From Auanema rhodensis (taxonomy: Eukaryota > Animalia > Nematoda), in the NCBI GenBank assembly GCA_964057225.1, contig OZ059897.1, positions 8,246,001-8,310,000 on the forward strand: a stretch of DNA of 64,000 bases. Direction: 5' to 3'. The translations under genes and the position numbers were made by a program. This document shows, piece by piece, positions 53,476 to 64,000 of the stretch (positions within the stretch are counted from its first letter, which is position 1; the number at the start of each line of letters is the position of its first letter). The notes under the pieces are model-generated. The model searched no databases. It saw only the letters and a list, made by a program, of their open reading frames with translations, and was not told where the DNA came from.

Positions 53476-54210
53476 TCTCTTCAAGATCTACCTCTTAGTT
53501 ACATTTTGACCATGCTTAGTCAGATTTCATCAGGCATTTTCTGCAATTCGAAACAACAAACAACAACTTTTGAAGGACGAAAAGATTGAAAAAAAAAAGT
53601 TTTTCTTTTCATTATGAATATGTGAATAATTATATGTAGGTATATGAAAATGAATGAAACGAGTGAAAGAGAATAAGCTTGATGAGGAAGGGGCGTGCAG
53701 AGAAGTGGCCGAAAAACAAAAATTAGCTTGATATAGAAGGAATAATCATCTGCTAGTTTTGTGAATATTATAGAAGCACTTGAATATGATGATATTAATC
53801 TAAAGAAGGAAATATGAATGCCTTTCTTTGCTGTGATAGAGTTCTGAGAAGATAAAAAATGAAAAATGAAAATTTTACATTTTTCTTTCTTTGTAGTTTT
53901 GGATTATTTAGATTGAAAAATTGTGAAATACACTGAGAACATCTTCGAAAAAACTATGAAGAAGAGAGATAAAGCTTAAGCTTTGCAGAAAGACGGAGGG
54001 AGAAAAGAACATCTAAGTGGATTGAAAGGAAAGAAAGAACCGGAAAAGGTCAAGCAGCTCACTTTGCTGCAATTTTTTGAACATCAGGAGGCTGATATAG
54101 AGAGTTGTAGAAAAAAAAGTTGTGAAAGAGAACATGAATGTGCATAGCTCATAGCTTGTAAGAGAACCGGAGATATGAAAAGAGAAAGGAAGAGAAAGAG
54201 AGAGAGAGAA

Positions 54211-54212
<2 letters not shown>

Positions 54213-54295
<83 letters not shown>
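54213..54295. repeat. (GA)n microsatellite
   Basis: About 80 nt GA run. Confidence 0.95.
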
Positions 54296-54298
<3 letters not shown>

Positions 54299-56214
54299 AG
54301 AGGGAAATTGAAATAAAGCCTCTTTCCATACACGTTTTCCGCATGTTGTGTGGCTATGAGATGAGAAGAAAATACTAGAATGATGTGATAATGAGATAAA
54401 ATCTTTCTAAGTAAAAATTCATAACTTTTGTACTTGAGGATAAGGTGGAGACAGAAATCGATTTGACAAATTAAAGCGGTTGAAGCTAAGATTGAGATAT
54501 ATTCAGAAAATAGAACAGGGGATGAAAGGAAAGAGAAATAGTAAGGAAAATAGAAAAAGAAAGGGAGCTTCAAAGAGAGAAAGTAGAGGAAAGAGAGAGG
54601 GAGATTGTAAGGGAAGAAGAGATTGTGAAAGATAGATAGATAGAGAGAGAAAGAGAACAAGAGAATGGGAAACATAAATGGAATTGCAGTGACTATTTGA
54701 TTGGCGGTGAAGTTTGTATGTATGAAACAGAGGGTGGTGAGAAATAAGAGACCACCCCCACTCAGTTTAAGCTTCTTTTACCTCTTACTTTCAACTACTT
54801 TACTTTCTCTCTCTTTTACATCTATAAATTGTTAGATCAACTGTTTATTTATACATTTTGTAATTCATTTTGGAATAACTTTCAGTTCATATGGCCAACT
54901 TGAAAGATATTCCAAAAGGAAAATCATTCACAAACGTTCTAACATTCTCTTACACCAATGAATAGACATATATTCAGCTATTAGTTGAGAAAAAAGAGAA
55001 GAAAAAGTTTGTTATGTTGCGCATATTCTTGAAACTTGTCATGGAACGAATACTTTTTTGATATATTCTTCATGAATTGCTCTTTTTTTAGAATTTTTTC
55101 CAGGAAGGCCCACCAAAAGTGGAAATCAGCGGTGTGTCTATAATAGTTCAAATCTCTCTCTATCTCTCTCTTTCTTGCTCTCTTTATTCCCTCCCCCCTC
55201 CCTTATTCCCTGTCTCAATCTCGCTTTCTATCCGAGAAATTTATGTGTATTTCCATCCAAGCACAAATAACAAGTCTAGTTTCTCCACATTGCGTCTATT
55301 GATTCTAATAGATACATAGTATAATAGCAACTTTAACCTCGATGGATAAGTAGATATTCAAGAGAGATTCTTAGATTCATTCCTTTCTTGCGTGTTAATT
55401 AGCAAAATGAATTGCCCGATTTACACCAAAAGCAGCTGTGTTTTTTCAATTTTAATATTGTCTCTTTCTCATGTAGGACATACAGATTTAGCTGTTCAAA
55501 CAAACGACAACGTTTCCAGGTAAGATATCTGCATAAGTTAGATTTTCCAGAGTTTTCTCTATCTAGTATCCAGATACATACATGTATACATCAATATCTT
55601 TATGTGCAAAGTAAAACTAAGAAATAGATTGAAGTTTGTTCAACTAAAATACATAGGAAATAGTAGATGGAAATGATTTCATTGAATTGTTCAAAGATGA
55701 AAGATAATCAGGAAAGATAAGAAGACGATTTAAGGTTGAAGCCGATAGTTAATAGTTGATAAAAGGTGCTTACTGGGTTTAAACGATGATGATGAAGATG
55801 ATGTTTATCTTTAAAAAAAGCTGAAGACACATCAAAAATGGTTATGAACCATGGGAATGATGTAAGTATTATGTGTGTAAAGTATAATATGAAATATTAG
55901 TTAGTTAATGGTTCATATGATTGAATTTTTGAATATTATGCTGAAACATTAAAAGATATATTCCATAGAATATACATAGATGCATGTATATGTGAAAATG
56001 AAAGCTGAAAAAAAAAGAAGAAAAAAGGATGTAATGAGATGAAGTGGTCTGAGCATGATCCGACAAAACAGAAGCACATAGAGGTTAGATAGACAGCTCA
56101 ATAAGAGGAAAAAGAGGATAATGAGGAGAAACTAAGATATAGAGAAAAAGAAGAAAAGAAGAAGGAGAGTTAATGAAAGATAGATACGTGAAAAGGACCA
56201 TCGAGAGAGAGAGA

Positions 56215-56249
<35 letters not shown>

Positions 56250-57349
56250 GGATGAAGCTGATGAAAGAGGAAGCGGGTAGGAAAGTAAAAAGGCATTAAA
56301 TGGAACTGATGATTACAACCGTTCGTCAAGTTATTCAGAATTTGAATTTAAAAAATTGAGGGAATGTTCACGTGATTCACGTGTAACTTTGAATGTTATT
56401 GCCTCATTAGCATAAATAAAAGCTTAGAAGAAGAGGAAACGCAGATTGAAGTAACTATGAGAATCAAGAAAAGAGGTCAATCTGCTAATGGCAGAAAGAT
56501 GTTCGAAGAACAAACTACAAACGAACAGAATATAAGCTGGCCAAGGATGTAATCCCTGACCACAACTCTCTTTTCTCTCTCTGTCTCTCTCTCTTTCATT
56601 GTTCTCCTATACATATACACATATACGCATAGTTGTGTGCGTGAATATGACATCATGATAATGCCGTGAAGTTGAGTTCTGATTCCATACGACGACATCA
56701 ACGACAACGACATCTATCCCTGAGGACCATCACGTCGTTTCTCTTTCGTGTTCATGTACTTTAGGCAACACTTTGAGAAAATATCGAGCAGATTTACGAG
56801 AGAATAGAAGTCAAGCCAAAGAATCGGCGATCAGAAAAGAGCAATGAAAAGAGGGAGAGCAAGGGATTTGGGAACAAATGAGAAAAAAAAATTGGCCAAA
56901 GAAAAATTAGAATCAAATGAGTTTTGCTTTGCTTGACTTTCCATCTGTTTGATCTTGTTTAAGTATGCAAAGACGCTAAGAAATATGAATATATATAGAT
57001 ATATATAGATATAGATATATCAAATAAACATAAATATATAGTATTAATATAATATAAATTATAAGAATAGTTTTATATAAAATATAATTGAATTAAGCTC
57101 ATAACAAAAAAAAATTAATTAGGTTGAGTGCAATAATGAAATTGAGAGGTTTTTTGTCTTTGTTTAGAAAATGCTTTTATTCAAAAAAAAAGAAGTAGCA
57201 CACAGGTATGTGTAAATTTACTTTAAAGGTTATAAATTGAAAAAATTTTTTTTTTTGGATGATAATTGTTTGGAAATCAGACTATAATTAACTATGTGTT
57301 ATAGTATAAAGAATGAGATGCTTTGTATATGAGGAGACGATAGATAAAT

Positions 57350-57367
57350 AGAGAGAGAAAGAAAGAG

Positions 57368-57426
<59 letters not shown>
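57350..57426. repeat. (GA)n microsatellite, partly interrupted
   Basis: GA/GAAA run. Confidence 0.9.
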
Positions 57427-57430
<4 letters not shown>

Positions 57431-59480
57431 AAAAAGAGAAATTATTACAGAAGACCAAGAAAGCAGAACACTATGATGTATGTATGTGTAAGCATTTGCG
57501 AGAAAAATCTGGAATATTCCACAACCTCTTACATAAATTTGTAGCTATTTTCATGGAATATTATATGATATAGTTATCATTGAGTTGTATTCAGATAATA
57601 CAGATTTATGAATAGCATATTCCGTCAAAAGGTTCAGCAGAAGCCGTTCATACTCAATGCAAAGAAGAAAACTATTGTTGCCGAGGCAACGAAGATATTC
57701 GGACTATATGTTAATGCCTGGATGAAAATACAAAACAAAAACCGGATATTGAGTTTTCTTTTATTTTGTTTTCAAAATTTCGAAAATTCCCGAAAATTTT
57801 GAAAACAGACTCATACAGACAGGCTTGACAATTACTGCTACCTGGATGAAATGAGGTAGTGAGGCTGATTAGTTCGATCAATCGCATTTCTGAACTTAAT
57901 TTCCAAATTATAAATATGTTGGAAAAGCATGCTGCTGCAGCAAAGAGCATAAAAGGGCAGCTGCAAGGTCTCTTTCTCTCTCAATCTCTCTCTTGATACC
58001 TCTTTTAGTTTTTCAGTTTATTGGTCTGAGAGACGTATTGTGTGATACAATGATGAATGTAAATGGATGAGTCGGTTTTTGACATTTTCACAAAAATGTT
58101 CGACTCTTTTCACATTTTGCTTAGACTAAAAATATATTTTTCATAAATTCTATAAAGGATATATCTATTTCATAAGGACTTATTGAAGAAAAAATGTAAA
58201 GTATCGCCTTTTCCTGTTTGATTTTTGAACAGAAAGTTCATCCTTTCTCTCTCTCTCTCTCTCTACATATCTTACAGCTTCATGTTCCCTTTCCTGCTTC
58301 TGTTCTGCTTCATTTCAAAAATTCTTTTTTGAGAATCATCAAATGCCCTGATGCTCTATTCATTTCTATTTTAGCTCATAGAAATAGATGAACATTTAGA
58401 ACATTTAATTAAACATTGAAAGCACAGTTAGTAAGAGAGATAAAGGACGTTAATACTTAGGAATAGTTCAATAGAATATATCAGTTTTATAATAATTTCT
58501 TTAATTATATTATCATATAAACTAGATAAGTAACATGACATAAACTTGTTGGCTGTGTATGCAGTTAAGTGAGTTCAATGAGCAGGACATGAAGCCAGCT
58601 GAGGCATGGTCTATCAAAGCGACTTTGCTGCAATATGAAAAGAAGAAATTTGCGGAATGACTTAAGAAAGTCTTGCACTTCCGGTATAAAGTCGATAAAT
58701 CCGGTTATTTGAGTAAAACGTATTCAGGATAGACTTATTTAAGGGAAAAGGAGCTCTTTTGAACTTAATTCAAAACGTATTTCTAGCTGTGAGCGACGAG
58801 TGTGGAAGACAAAACGCTCACTACAACACATTTTTCAAATTAAAATTGAGAAATAGTTATGAAATTTTATAAAAAGATATATAAGAAATTAAATTTTAGA
58901 AATTGATTAAGATATATATCTTAGCAAATTGGTTCAATATATGGAATATGAATATAGATATGTATTTACATTTACATATATATATATATATTAAAAAAAT
59001 TGAATATAGTTTATATAAAACAATAAAAAAGTCGAAAAATTGAAGGAAAAAAATAATTCAATTTTCACGGGAAAAGTTGGAGTTGAGTTGGAATTATAGC
59101 TCATGCAGGAAACAGCAACGAAGGAGAAGGTGGGATACAAGAGAGGGGGAGATAAGAGTGTGCAGAGAACCGGATAAGAGGGAGAAAAAAGTTTTTTTTC
59201 AGGGGGGAAAGAATAGAACTTGAAGCATTTTAAATGTGAAAATCATACTTGAAATGTTAACCATTAAACGATAGGACGAGAGCGAATTCACAAAAATGCA
59301 TACATGCATGAAGAAAAGAGAAAAAGTTTACGAAAGAAAATGCCGAAATATGAGGCGAAGATAAAAAGGAAGAAGGATGCACAGTGAATTTTCAGAATAT
59401 TTTAAAAAATTCAAGCTCATTTATACAGCAATTTTCAAAATAGACTATGAATGGAAAATGAGAAACTTAGAAGCCGTGGC

Positions 59481-59483
<3 letters not shown>

Positions 59484-59551
<68 letters not shown>

Positions 59552-59620
59552 AGGGGGAGGAAAGAGGGGGGGGGGGTGATGGCGTTGGTGTTGGTGTGGT
59601 GGTGGTGGTAGAGTGGGGGG
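59484..59620. repeat. (GA)n microsatellite followed by G-rich / (GGT)n tract
   Basis: About 62 nt GA run, then gggaggagggggaggaaagagggggggggggtg and (ggt)n. Confidence 0.9.
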
Positions 59621-61024
59621 GATTGCTAAGAAAAGACAAATGAACATTCCTTTGGGAATTGACATTCGACAAGTAATCGAACAATCTGGGAACTGAACTG
59701 AGATTTCGTTAAAAACGATCATTTGATCTTTTCATTCTTATTTGGGTTTTTGATCATTTTTAGTTATAACTATATAAATATAATAATAATAAAAATACAT
59801 TCATTTTATATACCAAAAAATGATAACAAAACATTTGAACTTTCTATCTAATCAAATATTTTCCTTATTTTCATCATTTCTCTTTGTGTTCTTGAAGAGA
59901 TCAACCCCAAAAAGCATATTTCAGCCATGAGATTTACGCATAAATCTCAAAGTTTGGCAAGTTTTTATAACAATACCCAGCATATATACAGAATAAAACC
60001 TTACGACAAACACTAAAAATCAAAACTAAGAAATTAGTTTTTAATTTTGAATGAATCACAACGAGTAACTCGGTAAAAGAATATACAAATATAATTTATA
60101 AATAATAAATAATTTTAATATAATTAGCATATTATTGAAATTAAAATATTATATTTTTATTTTTTATATTTATGAATTAGTTAATCTTATTTTATGTAAT
60201 CATTATGAGGCGTTGTATGTTGAATTTTACGTGAAGTACACGTGACTATTAGAATTAATTTTATTTTGATTAAACGTTCTACTCGGTTGCTTCTTTTCAT
60301 CCTAATCACACATATATACATAGGTCTTTTCTTTTTCTATCCTTTTAAGTATATCTCTTCAATCATGTCTCTCTTTCTCTTTATTTCTCTCTATGCCTCC
60401 TCTCTCTCTATCGTACTCACAACTCTGTTCCTCTCTCCCCTTCTCTCACCCTCTCTCTCTCTCTTTCTTTTATTGTTAATCATTTTTTTCTATATTTTAC
60501 TCAACTTTACTCTTATTTTTCTTCTTCAATATAATATTTGAATAAAAAAAATACTTGAATGTGTTACATGTACTAAAATATATTCAGATATAGATAAATA
60601 TTTGATGAATTTGGTTGTCTGAAAAAAAATACAAAAGAAATATTTGGAATTTCATTTGTATTGTCGAGACGTATTGAAAGAAATGCTTTTTTTCCTCAAA
60701 GTTTCAGGATTAGAAGATAATTTTGAATCAAACACATTGGTTGACAAGTTGAAAAAATACTGAAAATGAAGAAAAAAATCAGAGCTTTTGGGATGCAATA
60801 TGATGCAAATGGGAGAATAAATGCTATATCAAACGATATATTTGAAAAGATGTAAACTGACAAAATTGAGTAAGTTGAATTGGTTGAAAGCAGCTTATAA
60901 TCAGAGAGACATAGCTCAAGTCAATATAATATATGCTAGAAATATAGAAAAAAAACTGAAACATATAGAAGGAAAGATAGAAAAATGGAGTAAGATTGAA
61001 AGAAAGACACAGCGAAGAGAAAAG

Positions 61025-61026
<2 letters not shown>

Positions 61027-61107
<81 letters not shown>

Positions 61108-61108
61108 T
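61027..61108. repeat. (GA)n microsatellite
   Basis: About 80 nt GA run. Confidence 0.95.
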
Positions 61109-63619
61109 AAAGTAATATGATGTTTAAAATACATGTATATATATACAAATAACTCACTTTCTCCAACATATTGCCGTTATCTTCTCTGAATCCTTTTTCC
61201 AGCTGTGTTTCACAATTAATTTTCGTTCAAGTTCGATGGGCTTTTTACGCAGGTGGTTAAGCTTAAAGAAACAGATTTTTATTTTGAAGTTCTAATATGA
61301 ATGTCAAAATAGAATATAACTCTTTCTCAATCTCGTCCTATATTCTGTATCTCTTTAAGTTTTTTCTTTTTGATAAATCACCAGAAATATTTTTTTCAGA
61401 AAAAAAATGAAAACGAAATGTTTTTTCATTAAACGTTTGCTTAATATTCAAAAAATTAAGAATAGTTGGCTAATAATCATTTGATTTCTTATGGAAATGC
61501 AATGTTTTTTATAATATTTTTTTCATAAAAAATCTGTTTAGACGACTGTGTATGTTTGGAGAAAAAAAGTTTGAAAAATGAACATGGATGCTCACCGTGA
61601 GAAGAGACTAACTGAAATTATGAATTTCGGAAATAACTGCAGAGAGCTGCACGGAAGCAAGTCTGAAAAGTAATTTGAAAATGTAAAAATAGAAAATTCA
61701 AATGTGAAAAAGCTCTTTAGATTTAACAGTATAATCACTTTTAACAAACGAAATATTGTCAATATTACGGAATTAAATAATCAAAAATGAAATAATACAT
61801 AATAAGAAATATTTTAAAATACTCTCGAAGAGAAATTAAGATGAAGCAGAAGAAAAGGAATGGAGGGGAGAAGCCGAGGGAGAGGATGAAGGAGATGAGA
61901 AAAAGCATACATAAATGACAAAAGTAAGATTATAATGGAAGGCATAGGAATAAAGGGAATTATATATAATAACTATCTCTACCTCTCTTCCTCTTTCTCT
62001 CTCTCTCTCTATCACCCTCTCCCTTTCTATGTACTCTATTACTGCCTTCATTTTTCCTCTAATTCTCGTCTATCCCTTCTCTCGTTTTTCTCTATTTCTT
62101 TATGCCTCTCTCAATTTAACGTTATTTAGCTTAATCTCTCACTTCCCTCCCTCTATATATATATCCTGTTGTAGTAGTTTATCCGTTTTTCATATTATCA
62201 AATAAATATGTATATTCATATATATTTATGTGAAATTATCAATGTTATATCAAAAGTTCTTGATTATTAGCTTAATATCAGCTTAAAGGAGAATTATATA
62301 GAGAGATGGATAGAGAGACAGAGAAAAGTACTCAACTATCATCAGTATTGAGAATTTTGTGGAAAAAACAAAACAAGTGATTCTCGTCATGCTTTTGCAA
62401 AGAGTTAAGAATAAGCTGAAATGGAGGAATTGAAGAAAAAACAGAAGAAGAAGAAGAAGAAGCAAGAGGATAAGGAGGAGTAGGTGGAGAAGTAGGAGGA
62501 GGAGAAGAAGAAGTAGTAGTAGTAGAATGTAGAGAATCAGATAATTCATTTAAGTGTTTGGAATATTTGGTATTTTGTAATAGTTTAATAACAATAATAC
62601 TAGACTGAGAAAAGCCAAAAAATAGAAAAAAAAAGAAGAAATAGAAACAGAAGCAAAAGCTGACGTGGTCGTATTACGTCGTCGGATATGAGTAGTAGAG
62701 TAAGAGAATAGAAGCCAGTTCATCTTCATCTGACTTTTCCACTTAAATTGTATTAGCAATTCTGAGTTCAGTTTCAAATTATCTTATGAGTAATAGGAAA
62801 AGAATAAAGAATTGAATGTGGATATATACATCTATCTATACTAATATACATATACGTTGATGTATAATGAATAACTATATATGTACATATATGTTCTTAA
62901 CTATATGAGTTTTGGACATCGTTTCAACAGCCTTACAAGCCTTATATGTAGATACATAACTTACAAACTACTTACTAACTACATACATGTTATATTAACT
63001 GAAGCAAAAAAAATTATGAAGGGGGGGGGGAGAGAAAGTACATTTTCATATATACTATATACTATGTGTATAGTTAAATTAGTTTTATATATTATTAGAA
63101 TATCAATCCGCTTACTCTATAAGCTTTAATCAAACTTTTCGCTTCAGCCAACAACCTTTCCATCAAGCTTCTCAATTTCATTAAAAATTTTTTTAAAACA
63201 CAAAAATTGAAAAACTTCTCAAATACATACATATAATGACTTTCGCATCACGACGACAACGAAGATGATGATGATGATTCTCAAAATTTTCTAAAAAGAT
63301 GAAGACGTATCTTGCAACTTGCTTCCGACTTCGGTAGTCCGGTTTTGCTAACGACAATAGGCGGGACATACAGACATGTGCCGTCGACAGGTAACACATA
63401 TAAGGACGTTCACTCATCCGAAGTCTGATATAAATTTATTTTTAAAATTCTTCTTATCTCATCTACTTTCTCCCTCTCTTCCTCTCTCTCTCTCCCTCTC
63501 TCTACACTTCTTTATTCAATTTTTAATATTTGAAAGCTTTATAACAAATATTATAATTTATATTACATATAGTAAAACAATAACAATTTTATTTAATTTT
63601 CAAAGTTTAAGCATATGAA

Positions 63620-63688
63620 ATGATATCTCGATTACTGCTTATAAGCCTACTATCACTTATCTATGTTACCATATTCGTTGAAGCTCAG
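63620..63688 (+). CDS. Probable first coding exon (signal peptide) of a secreted protein continuing beyond the window
   Basis: MISRLLLISLLSLIYVTIFVEAQ, a hydrophobic core with a V-E-A cleavage motif, followed by a CAG|GTAAAT donor. Confidence 0.6.
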
Positions 63689-64000
63689 GTAAATTATACA
63701 ATTTTATATATTCGTAATACATTAATAAGAAAGAAAAAAAAGTTTTTTAATTCATTAAGAACATTATTACCATCTAAAATTAATTCAAAGCCTATAATTA
63801 TATGTATATAGTTAATAATATGCATCATCTTATACACTTAATATAGTATATATTATTATTATTATTAGTATTTGAATATTTATTTTATATTTGAATATTT
63901 GTCTTCTTTTTTTTTTATTAATTTTTAGTTCTTAAAGACTTTTTCAGCTTTTCTATTCTCATATAATTAATTTCTCGTCTAATGCAAAATTTCATGTCAT

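Noticed and set aside
8327-54730. CTGTTTCA (piRNA Ruby-motif core) matches at ~8327, 11976, 26821, 40034, 54723
   Set aside because: Few and scattered, two inside coding exons; no density suggesting a 21U-RNA cluster.
53323-62777. Many ORF-track entries with SLSLSL or ERERER runs (e.g. 54013-54675, 59377-59722, 60821-61169)
   Set aside because: They are translations of (GA)/(CT) microsatellites and low-complexity DNA, with no splice structure or domain content.

Overview
AT-rich eukaryotic genomic DNA from a rhabditid-type nematode, with ~45-55 nt GT-AG introns, TTTCAG-type acceptors and acceptors just 5' of start codons consistent with SL trans-splicing. The first ~29 kb is gene-dense: one + strand astacin (nas) gene, then minus-strand genes for cdl-1/SLBP, an orphan Ser-rich protein, ALKBH7, CPT1, WASHC4/SWIP, TSR1, Tudor-SN and a peptide-type GPCR. 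Several are spaced like operon members. The remaining ~35 kb is gene-poor and microsatellite-rich. It holds a cuticlin (ZP) gene, an alpha-arrestin gene, the first exon of a secreted protein, a mariner relic and a decayed Maverick/Polinton (integrase-chromodomain plus major capsid). The most striking unexplained signal is a ~730-nt ORF-free intergenic segment (4810-5536), divergent from the cdl-1 promoter. By hand it folds into about 15 nested helices with G-U pairs favouring the + strand, plus a possible pseudoknot, making it a candidate undescribed long structured RNA. Second is a dispersed CACGT(G)-N5/6-CACGT dimer motif recurring every few kb, including inside an oversized intron. Gene models were assembled by eye, so coordinates span start to stop including introns. 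Nothing was checked against a database or a folding program.
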